Shown here one piece after another: positions 38,201 through 48,319 of a stretch of 64,000 bases of DNA. This DNA comes from Amoebophrya sp. A120. Its lineage: Eukaryota; Protista; Dinoflagellata. The translations under genes and the position numbers were made by a program. The stretch lies in the NCBI GenBank assembly GCA_905178155.1, contig CAJINV010000002.1:10952634-11016633 (forward strand), in the 5' to 3' direction. Position 1 is the stretch's first letter, and the number at the start of each line of letters is the position of its first letter. The notes under the pieces were generated by a model. The model made no database searches, was not told the DNA's origin, and saw only the letters and a list, made by a program, of their open reading frames with translations.

Positions 38201-38786
38201 CGGCGACTGCACAAACAGTTATTTCTCGGAGTGTTGCCAGGAGCGGCGTAGAAATCCGTTTATTTTTGCGCGGGGCGAGATGCGGACGATAGGAGGGAAA
38301 AACGCAGCACTACCTGCGACAAGCGATGTTGTTGACCAACAAGCCGAGCCACTGCTGCAGCACCAAACGGAAACCGTTGGGCCGCCCATTGCGGTGGACG
38401 CTGCGAGTACTTCTTCTAGAGCTACGGCATCAATGAGAAGTGGTCACGCAGCACACTTCGACGAGAATTATTCGGCGCAGGAGAAGAAGAACGACAACGA
38501 CATCATTCAAGGTGTTGTTCAGAACCCAACGATCAGCGCCGCTTACCCGTTCGGTACGCAGTCCTCTTTGTCTTCTTCATCGTCGGACGAAGAATCATCT
38601 AGGTCTGACCCGGACAGCGACGAGCAAGAGAAATCACGCTGCTGGAAGCCGTGTTGTTACGGGTTCGCGCACGGCTGCGGCATGCGGAGTTTGCAATGGA
38701 CGTGGGTCATCATCGCCGTAGCCGGAATGGCTTTTGTCATGGTAGACACCAATCTCGGACCGGGGCAAGGGCTTGTGTTACGATGA
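32290..38786 (+). CDS. Large multipass membrane protein of unknown family; exons approx. 32290-33822, 34207-34978, 35282-36759, 37157-37760, 37978-38786
   Basis: Five co-oriented ORFs, each with several hydrophobic helices and Cys/basic clusters (CCRKKRYCCGCC). They can be joined in frame by GT-AG introns (33823-34206, 37761-37977) and two degenerate TAT...ATA elements. Confidence 0.7.
34979..35276. mobile_element. Degenerate introner-like element (298 bp), DR CGCTG/CCCTG
   Basis: TAT...ATA ends, residual inverted TGCTAGCATA, 4/5 DR match, one GCATCACA motif. Removal of element+5 nt gives TSA-AADAQEERDDDD in frame. A GT-AG alternative (34978-35295) is also in frame. Confidence 0.6.
36760..37151. 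mobile_element. Degenerate introner-like element (392 bp)
   Basis: TATCGTCCGGAAAATTGATTGCACG vs reverse complement of the end, TATCCCTCCGGACCAAAATGCACG. Flanks AATTC/CAATT. Removal of element+5 nt gives GEF-FHVQSGVSDED in frame. Confidence 0.55.
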
Positions 38787-39678
38787 GCAACGCGGTAATG
38801 CAGTTTAATTTGACCAAGACCATCCAAAGCGGAGGCACGGCTAAAGCGTAGTTATAATCCGTTTTATTATGTCACAATGTTGATGTTGATGTTCTGTATT
38901 GATGATTTACCACTTTTTACATATGGCAGTCACTCGCGGATGCGGCAACAGTCAGACGCTCGCCTTAAGACCACACGGTTGTTTTTTCAGCTTTATTGAT
39001 TTTACCACCATGGTCATGGTTGTGTTTATTTTTGTCGTCGGTTTATGTATTTCCATTCCGCTGGCTCAATCATCTCCATTCCGAGATCGATGATGCAAAC
39101 TGATCTCTCGAGTAAGAAAAATAGCCAGTATCACCATCAGCTCTGACTGGTGGTGAACAATAGATATTGATGATGAGTGAACGAAATTACCGTGATCTGG
39201 AGGTGGTTCCAGCGAGGGACCGAACATCCGCATAGACTTTCGCCACACAATTTTTCAGAGCACAAAAAGAAACTAAATGAATGTGACGGACGGACCTGTT
39301 CTGGCAAACCTGTCCTGCGGCATTTCTTGAAGTGTTCACCATCAACGGACCAGAGCTAAAAAAACGGTTCTCAGTTATAAGACGAGAGCAAAGCCAAGTG
39401 GCAACGAACCGTAATCCATTGAGCTGCAGTTGAGGAGGTGGGGCGCTTCGCAGCAAAAAAGTGTTGGGAAATTTCATGTCCGAGAAACGGAAACATCGTC
39501 TCTACTTCTGTCATCTCAAGTAAGAGCCTTGTTGCACTTCTTGTCCTTTACTTCGTTCGTCCGGCTTTCGGTCTAGGTCCTATTTGTCCTGTTCGTTCGC
39601 GAAGTAGACGTTAAAGTTACAGTAGAGAGAAACAAGATTGTGATTATAAGTCGTGGTCGAAGTATCCTTCTAGGAAAT

Positions 39679-41832
39679 ATGGGAGCCGTCGGGTCGACGA
39701 TTCGCGCGCAGACGGCTTCTTGCTATGGTGCCACCGGTTCTTGCACAGACTGTGGCTCCTCCGAGTTTGTGGTGCAGCAGACCACCACCGTCACGGCTGC
39801 CGCGATGCACGCCGCCAGCTTCCGACGGAGCAAAGCCGAGCAGGGCCTCCAAATGGTGCGTAGTCAAAAACAACAGGATCATGCGGACTTCTACGGCAGC
39901 AGGAGTGGCGGGGGATCATACAACTCGTACTTCTACCAGCAGATGGAAGTCGATGGTGGCGCCCCTGCTCGGGCCACCAACCACCGACAGAAAGTGTTCT
40001 CCTCCGCGACCGGACATACGGACGGGAGGGTGGAGCTTTTTCTGCGACGGGATCCCCAGGAGGCCCAGGTGACCCTGCGGTCCACCTCGGCGCGCCAGAA
40101 AAACGCCCTCCTCGCGGCCACCGCGATATGGCAAGATACTCCTGCTGGTGGACCACAACAGATTCCAGCAGCAGACCACGGACCGATGAGTACTAGTGTG
40201 GAAGTAGCCGCGCTGTCCTTTATCGGACCGGATTCGCTGGTCGTCGCGCGAGCGGACGGCTACTGCGACCTGTACGACAATTTGTTTGAGAAGGTATTCG
40301 AGGTTGGTGCAGAGCAGTATTGTCTGGAGCAATCCGCCACGTTTTTCGCACACAGACCCAATTCGCAGGGTGACGGCATCTCCGCCATAGTCGCGGCAAC
40401 AACGGAGTCGTCGTGCCCTGATTCTCCTGTCGTTGCCCGCTACAATTATCTGGAAAACGATTGCCGCGAAGATGGAAAACGAGGATCCACCACCGCCCAA
40501 AATGGGGAGCGCTTTATGATTGTCACCGGAGGTGGCGACGGCAGTCTGAAGGCGTTTTGCCTCGCGCCCTCAGGAGAGGACGACGAAGATGCGAGCGGCC
40601 TGAGCGACATAGACTTAAACGAGCACGGATCAACAACGACCGGCGGCAGTGACTCCGAGCAGCGGGGGCTGATTTTCTCGTCCCGGGGCGGTGTTGGAAC
40701 CAAATTCACTTCGGTGGGCAACTACAACTCTTCAATTCATCCCACGACCAGCGTGAAATCACTCTTCACCACCGCGAACGCCCATACGGGTCCCGTGTCG
40801 GCTGTCGACCTACTTCTGTTGTCTTCGTCACAGCGGGAATCCGCTGCGACAGCGATGACAAATAACCAGAATACAGACCTGTCAGCTCTCGTGCTATCTG
40901 GGGGAACGGATGGGGTCATGCGCCTGTTTCGATACGTTGCGACTACCTCTTCCTCTTGTGACAGTGACCAGGGTAGTTCAGAAGGACAACTGCATCCGGA
41001 GCCCGGAGCGAGAAAAAGAAGTGCAGCTGCAATATCCACGACGATATCGCCACCCAGCACTTCCGTATCTCTTTCGTCGACCTGTGTTGATTATGCACGC
41101 CGATTACCTTTACGTGCTGTGACCCTGGACAAAAGCAACCAGACGCGCGCGGCCTCCCTTGCGGCCAAATCGCTGCAACTCTGGGACCTGCACCGCATGC
41201 GCGCCGGATTTTCCACGACTGGCGCTGAGGTATCCGCAGCGATCGACGGTCTGAGTTCCGAGGCGCATTTTGCCGGAGCTGTAGGCTCGCAAGCGCTGCC
41301 GGCGGCGCGGCGCTTCTTCGCGAAGCCAGTCTTTTTCCCAAGGAATATTTCGCTTCTCGCCACTGGCGGTCAAGAGTTTGTCACCATTTACGACGTCCGA
41401 GCGGGCCCAACGCCCTGTCTTTGGTTCGAAGTGCCTGGTGTGGCCATTATGACTGTCGAATTGGCGGGGCCGGGGGCGCCGGCCACGGCACAGAAGAGCT
41501 CTCCGGAAGTTGTAGAGATGACACTTCTAGCGCAAAGCTACACAGACCGGCAGTACAGTTTTGATTTGCGGAAGAACAAGGAGGCACTCATATCGCCATC
41601 GAAAATCTCTCGGCTGTCGGCATCAGTATGCGTCGCTGGTGGCAATACGCTAGCGTCGGTTTTGGTTATCTTGCGAAGGGCTGCTGCTGCAGACCGGCGC
41701 ATCGGCCTCGGCACCGCAAGTAGGGGCAGTGGAGCTTGTTCATCTACGACTGCGCTATCATTCATACTGCTTGTGGTCGAGCGAATGCGAATCTCATCTT
41801 GCTGCACGTTCCTGGAGCCACTGCCATATTAA
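39679..41832 (+). CDS. WD40-repeat protein
   Basis: WD40-like motifs MIVTGGGDGSLKAF, AHTGPVSAVDL, LVLSGGTDGVMRLF, SLQLWDL and LLATGGQEFVTIYDVR. N-terminus MGAVGS followed by cysteines. The 3' end may be spliced differently. Confidence 0.75.
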   Translation: MGAVGSTIRAQTASCYGATGSCTDCGSSEFVVQQTTTVTAAAMHAASFRRSKAEQGLQMVRSQKQQDHADFYGSRSGGGSYNSYFYQQMEVDGGAPARATNHRQKVFSSATGHTDGRVELFLRRDPQEAQVTLRSTSARQKNALLAATAIWQDTPAGGPQQIPAADHGPMSTSVEVAALSFIGPDSLVVARADGYCDLYDNLFEKVFEVGAEQYCLEQSATFFAHRPNSQGDGISAIVAATTESSCPDSPVVARYNYLENDCREDGKRGSTTAQNGERFMIVTGGGDGSLKAFCLAPSGEDDEDASGLSDIDLNEHGSTTTGGSDSEQRGLIFSSRGGVGTKFTSVGNYNSSIHPTTSVKSLFTTANAHTGPVSAVDLLLLSSSQRESAATAMTNNQNTDLSALVLSGGTDGVMRLFRYVATTSSSCDSDQGSSEGQLHPEPGARKRSAAAISTTISPPSTSVSLSSTCVDYARRLPLRAVTLDKSNQTRAASLAAKSLQLWDLHRMRAGFSTTGAEVSAAIDGLSSEAHFAGAVGSQALPAARRFFAKPVFFPRNISLLATGGQEFVTIYDVRAGPTPCLWFEVPGVAIMTVELAGPGAPATAQKSSPEVVEMTLLAQSYTDRQYSFDLRKNKEALISPSKISRLSASVCVAGGNTLASVLVILRRAAAADRRIGLGTASRGSGACSSTTALSFILLVVERMRISSCCTFLEPLPY

Positions 41833-42400
41833 CGACGTGCTACAATAAAGTGAAAATCTTCTCGACGCGTGAATAGATACTTAAGTTTCCATCATGTTTT
41901 CTGGTGCACGGGCCGCGGAATTTTTTTTCTGTTTACCAATTTTAGAAATAATAGAAGAGGGCTCTAGGAGCGTGAGCGCAGACGTACCGGTGTGAAGATA
42001 CTCTCGCGCGACGGTGACCTTGAGTGTAGTGGCTTTATGATGGATTGCCAGCGTTAGCAAATAGTTCCTCCTGTTGCGACGTTGTTGAAGTTTGAGAGAT
42101 GATGAAGTAGAAACAGAAACAAGTAGCACGCGGCACGAACACAGCGGAAAAAAACCCAAAAACTAACAATGGGTCTGCCGTTTACAACACTGTAACTGGT
42201 GAGGAAGATTGCTGTTTTTCCCATACGGCGATATTAATTCATGATCTGCTGGTTCGCTCGTCCCTTCTCGTTTTCGCTGCTTTCGTTTCATGATTGAATG
42301 CTTCAAGAAACGTTCGCACCAACCCGCCGACACCCACACCATCAAGGAAGGTCTTCAGGCCGCGACGGCCGGTGGTTGCGCCCAACTGCTGACCGCCAAG

Positions 42401-45400
42401 ATGGGTTCTAACGAGACCAGGACTATCACTGCAGCATCTAGCAGTAAAGCGCTAGCAGGATCGCCGCGTCTCCACCGGGTTGTGTCCAGTGTTTTCATTC
42501 TTGCCGCAGCAAACAGTGCCGATGAGCTTGCCAGCGCCAATGATAATCCTGGCGTTTCAACATCTTCAAGAACAAGGGCGTTGCGCGCGCACGAATCGCA
42601 GGAGCAGTTGCAGTCCGACGACGAGCGCAAGCCCAAGCATGCTAGTCGTACCACCTCCTCTGGCCGCAACCAGGAGCCGAAGAAGAAAAAGTCTGCGAAC
42701 ATCAAACCACCGAAACCGAAGCCGCCTGAATGCGTTGGACACACAACCGAGTGGGAGGTTTGCCACATGGGCGAGTGCCCCGTCCAAGAGATGGTTTGCC
42801 CGCCGTGCACGTGGACCGAGTGGAGTGAGTGGACGACGTGCACCTGCGACGGGCTGCAGGAGAGGCGTCGTGACGCTGAGCATCAAAGCATGTGCGGCAA
42901 GCCCTGCGTGGGGCCGAAGGTGGAGACCCAGACGTGCATCGCGGAGAACTGCAAGAGCGCCAAGGACGCAAACGCGGAGCCAATCGACTGTGAACTCTCG
43001 GAGTGGGGCGACTGGACCATCTGTGATCGCGCATGCGGTGGCGGGCAGACCTTCCGCGAAAAGGCCCGGATGCGCAAGAACGAGTTCGGGGGGCAGCCGT
43101 GCCACGGCTTCGTGCGACAAACGCTGCCCTGCAACACCCAGCCCTGCCACATCTCGGAGGACTGCGAGGCGAGCCAGTGGTCCACCTGGTCGGCCTGCAC
43201 GAAAACGTGCGGCGCGGACGGTTTCCAACAGCGGACCCGGTCCCTGCTCCAGCTGCCGCGCAACAACGGACGGACCTGCGACTTGGCGCTCGAGGAGGTG
43301 CGCGCGTGTCTGCAGCAGGACGGGAGTTTCATGCCGACGTGCAGCGACGAGCAGGATTGTGAGTGGAAAGAGTGGGAGGCGTGGTCCGATTGTTCGGCGA
43401 GCTGCGACGGCGGGGAGCGAACCCGGGAGCGCCTCATCGCGAAGGCCCCGAAGCACGGTGGTCAGCTCTGCACGGCGCTGACCATGAACGAAATGGCCTC
43501 CTGCAACACGTTTCCGTGCGAAGAGCCGCGGGATTGCGTCATAAGCCGCTGGTCGGACTGGTCCGCCTGCTCTGCCAACTGCAATGGTGTTGTATCCATT
43601 TGGGAGCATTTCGATGCAAATCATTCAAGCCTACGGGATTTCATCTCGCTGATTGTAAATGCACGGGAGTGGTAGTGGTACTAAAAACAAAAAGCATGTT
43701 GTTGACCCACTAACATCGTAATGAGTTTTGAAAAAGTCCTCTGCTGTCAGTCCTCTCACGAGTGTCTCCTGACAACATGCAGCCGAGACCAGGGCTTGCT
43801 TCGTCCTCCGATTGGCTTGCATGATTGATCGCTGAGAAGAAGTTTGATTTGCCCTCATTTTTCCTGTACATAGGCACAGATGCGAGATCGCGCTATCGTG
43901 AAACCTGCCGAGTAAGTACTTGTCGCTTCATCTTGCTTCAACAGATCATGATACGGAGATGCCATTCTCAGTCCGACCTACATGATAAATAGTTAGGAAT
44001 CCCACTCTTCATAAAGAAGAGTACTTGACATTAAGTACCTGCTCCCGCTGTGCTAAGTTTCGTGGAGAAAAGTTCTTGTGTGATGCAGACGAATTCTCCA
44101 TCAATCACGAACAATTCTGATGATCAACTTCTATCTAAGCCCATCCATTCACTTTATTTGCAGGCACGGCGGCACCTGTTTCGACACGTCACTGAAAGAG
44201 ATGCGTAGCTGCAACCACATGGACTGTGACAAGAACGGCGAGCCGATCACGACGTTCACGGAGGACGCGGCTCCCCTTGACTGCGAGCTGTCGGAGTGGA
44301 GCTACTGGTCCGAGTGCAGCGAAACCTGCGGCGCCACGGGGATCCAGAAGCGCGATCGTCACGTCCAGGTGTACGCGGAGGCGGGGGCGCAGCGGGTGTG
44401 CAACGCGACGCTGCTGGAGATCCGCAACTGTCCCGCCGGGACGCTGCCCTCGTGTTACACCGCGCTGGAGGCGGAGGGCATCGCCGCGGCCGGGGTGGAT
44501 TCCACCACCGCGTCCAACGACTGTCAGTGGGGCGAGTGGTCGGCCTGGTCTGCCTGCGACAAGACCTGCGTTTCGTACGCCGACCAGGACTCCGAACAAG
44601 CCACGAAGAAGCGGGAGCGCCGGGTGAAACAAAACCCCGGGGTGCTCGGCCGGCCGTGCGCGCCGCACTCCGCCCTGGAGGTGGCGAGCTGTGAGGTGCC
44701 GGACTGCGAGTGCGGCCCCTGCGAGTTCGGCGAGTGGGCTCCGTGGTCGGTATGTGACCACATCAGCCTCACGCAGACGCGCAGACGCGACCCCCGGGTG
44801 GACCACTACTGCGGGACCGGGTGCACCGGCACGCGGGTCGAGATCCAACACTGTATCCCGCACTCCGACACCGCGGTGGTGGACTGCCAGTTCTCCGACT
44901 GGTCAGCCTGGAGTGAGTGCTCGGCCGAGTGCGGCGGGGGCGAAAAGCTGCGCACGCGGTCCATTCTGGCCCACGCGACGAACGGCGGAAAAATTTGCGA
45001 GGGAGACCTGCAGGAAACCGCGGGCTGCAACATGCTGGTGCAGTGTGGTGACGACTGCCAGATCAGTGACTGGCAGGCCTGGTCCGAGTGCAGTGCCACC
45101 TGCGGAACGGGCCAAAAGTCGAGGCAAAGGTACATGTATAACTATGATTCGTGGACCGGGAGGGCTGTGTCGAAGGGAAACAAAAAACTAAAAACAAAAA
45201 CTACGTGGTCCGGCGGCTTACAACTCTGCTCTTCTAGAGGCACTGCGCCACTGAAAAGACTTGATGGTCTGCCGCAGAAAAAAACTTGTCACATTCTGTT
45301 GCTTGCTTGCAAAACAAGGCCACACCAAATATCATAGGTACGTGCTGAAGCCGGCGTCGAACGGGAAGCCCTGCCACGGGGAGAAGGAGATCGATTTGGT

Positions 45401-47643
45401 GGAGATGGGGCAGTGTGACTCCGGGGTCATGTGCGACGCCTTGGAATGTCACTGGGAGCAGTGGGGTGCCTGGTCCGACTGCTCCGCCAGTTGCAATGGG
45501 CACCAGTCCCGGACCCGCGTTTTGAAGCCGGGGGGCGGTCACTCCCTCTGCCCCGCGAGCGACGATACCAGCGAGGTGCGTGGTTGCAACTTGTACGACG
45601 CAAAAATGGATCTGGACTCGCCCTGCGCCGCGGGCTCGAATGCGGAGGACTGCGTGGACGGGCGCTGGGGCGAATGGACCACCTTTGGTGCTTGTTCGGT
45701 GTCTTGCGGCACCGGGTGGCAGAAGCGAGACCGGACCATCCAGGTGGCCGCGAACTACTGCGGGGAGCCGGTGGTGGGGCGCAGCGAAGAGTTCAAGCAC
45801 TGCGAAGAACGCGAGTGCCACGGCGAACTGGGCAAGGACGCGCCGGTGGACTGCGAGCTCTCCGAGTGGACGGCCTTCAGTGAGTGCAGCAGTGACTGCA
45901 ACGGCTATCAGCGGAGGATCAGGACCGTGGCGGTAACGGCGAAAAATGGCGGCCGACCCTGCGAGGGGGTCCTTGATCAAGCGCAACAGTGCAACACCGG
46001 TATGATTGGATAGATGTGGAAGTAGAGATGTTCTTCCTCTTGTATATGCAGAAGTAGAATATTTCCTCGTTGTATACGTGTAACCTCGAGCACCAAAGAC
46101 AGAGCGCGCGCGCTGCTGATTTTTTCAAAATTCAAGTTGGCCGCTGGATATTGTGGTCTTATTTCTCAACCTGATTTTTTGTTTTTCCTAGATTGCCCTG
46201 CATCGGATAGCAAAGACTGCGTGTTGTCCGACTGGTCGGACTACAGTGAGTGCACGGCGAAATGCAGTGGAGGGACGCGCCGAAAGACGCGGAAGATTGT
46301 AATGCTTCCAAGCGGGGACGGCAAGGGATGCGACCCTGCACTAGCGGTGGTTGAGTCGTGCAATGCTGAGCCTTGCACGGCAAAAGACGCGACGGATTGC
46401 GAATTAAGTCCGTGGACGGAATGGGGCCGGTGCTCGAAGGAGTGCGACGGGGGGGAGCGCATGCGGACGCGCGATGTCAAGACGATGCCATCACTTCAAG
46501 GCAAGGCCTGCGATGAGGGCGTTGCCACACAGGAAGTGGAGCCATGCAATCTCGACGAATGTTATACCGCAATGCGATGCGGCTTGGGTGATTGGTATAA
46601 TTGATTCATTTGTCTAAGAGTTGCGTACTTTTTTGCATCTTTGTAGCCTGCACGCACAGAAACCTCATTTGACTTTTGTGAGTGCTGCACGCACAATTGC
46701 AAAAATGAACAACGTAGTGCGTGAATCAATGTAATTTCCTCTGGGTTGCGCGGGTACTTCGTTTACGCTAAGAATAACAAACGTGAGGCTTCGAAGGCAA
46801 TTTGCAGTTCACTACATTTTTCTTTACCAATGAAGACACTACAAATTGGTTTGGTCTGCTGTAGTGTAGAGGTTCATATATTTGATTGTTACACCATGAA
46901 ATGACACAGGTTGGCATGGTCCGAGTGCAGCGTTACATGCGGACACGGCGAGCGGTTTATCGACTAGAATGTCGCGCGGAGAGCTGCTCCAAACCCAGTG
47001 CCTCAAATATTGAGGCGTTTGCAACTACATCATGCCGGTGCACAATCCACCTGCATGCGATCCTACTTTCCAAGGCGAGAGCAAGTGTGTAGTACTGCGT
47101 GATCGCCCATGGCAGTTTTTAGCACGTAATGCTCCTAGTATGAGTGTCTATGCGCACAACCTACACACAGCAAGCATGATCATGATAGATGGGCTCGGAG
47201 CAGCTGAAAGTTTAAATTCGATAGAGAATCGCGAACGCCATCTCGGACACTGGAAAGATGGCTACCTTGGGCTGCTGCGCAAGGGAGCCTCCGGTCGCCG
47301 GCTTATGGGTAGTAGGCAAGGAGATTCTGACACCAACGCCACCGGTTCTTCCAGAAGAGGCAAGAGAAAAGATAGGAACAAGAAAGGTACCAGTACGAGA
47401 TTATCTTCCACCAGTTTGCTTTTCGCATCGGGATCCGTGGCAGGTGCGGTAGCAGCCGTGCTGTTTCTGTTGCTTCGAAAGGCTGGCAGAGGTATTAGAA
47501 GTAGGAATGTTTTCTACGAAAACCAAAGCGCCGCCGCTGAGCTTTCTGCTCGACTTTTCAGCACAGACGAAGCTGGAGCAGTAGAGCTATTGCCTAGAGT
47601 GGGCCTCGGCCCCCAGGAGGAAGGAGCAAAAACAGTTACATAG
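42401..47643 (+). CDS. Thrombospondin type-1 repeat type I membrane protein (~16 TSP1 repeats); exons approx. 42401-43588, 43874-43911, 44164-45129, 45338-45999, 46192-46594, 46910-46957, 47229-47643
   Basis: Repeated WxxWxxCSxxCGGGxxxRxR...GGxxC motifs. In-frame GT-AG joins complete the split repeats. Recessed N-terminal hydrophobic stretch and a C-terminal TM (GSVAGAVAAVLFLLL-RK) with a short tail. Alternative ATG at 42290. Confidence 0.88.
46958..47223. mobile_element. Degenerate introner-like element (266 bp)
   Basis: TATCGA..AGCTGCTCCAAACCC vs end GGGCTCGGAGCAGCT..TCGATA. DR has diverged (CGGTT/GAGAA), but removal of element+5 nt gives CGHGER-F-RERH, the TSP1 GxRxRxR spacing. Confidence 0.6.
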
Positions 47644-48319
47644 TTAGACAGCTTATCAGAACTGCTCGCGGTAGTTCTTTTTTCTCGCAGCGACGCAAAG
47701 ATGCAAGAAAGATTTCATGCAAAAAAAGAGACACTACCGCTCAGCAGCATATTCAGGATGTATCTGCTGTAGAGCAGAATGCTGGAAGTTTGGCTCCGAA
47801 AACTGTTGCTGTATCGTGTTCGCCTAAAGAACTGAAAAGGACTGGAGTTAGAGGCATGTACCTGGTTAGAATCGCAGCTTTTAGAGGACTGACGCCGAAC
47901 AGAAGCAAAAATGATCAGGGCTTTACTTGCGTAGGTCAAGGTCTGCATCAGGCCCGACGTCATGAGCGACGGTGCGACATTGTGACGAGCGGAGCAGCTG
48001 CTGCCATGCGAGCGGTTGCGGCCGTGTGTGTGTATTTGTGTTTGTTGCCCGCTGCGGTAAGAGGTAACTACTATATTAAGCACATAATTGACCATCCGGT
48101 TGCGGTACTCTTATTGCTGCCATCTGTGTGGTGATGCAAGGGCGGACCGGCCCGCGCTCGCCCCGCGCAGCGAGGAACACTATTTGTCGAACAACAATGT
48201 AACTACAGTCGTGGTCTTCGGCGTAGCGAGGAATAAAAAACGCGTAAATGTTTGAATAAGTGATACCGTGCTGCTACATGCGCAACCAAAGGAAGCTTGG
48301 ATAGACAAGGAAAGACATC

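Noticed and set aside
42566-43624. Long minus-strand and alternate-frame ORFs over GC-rich genes (also 1097-1948, 2120-3055, 20722-21486)
   Set aside because: Antisense or frame shadows of codon-biased + strand CDS.
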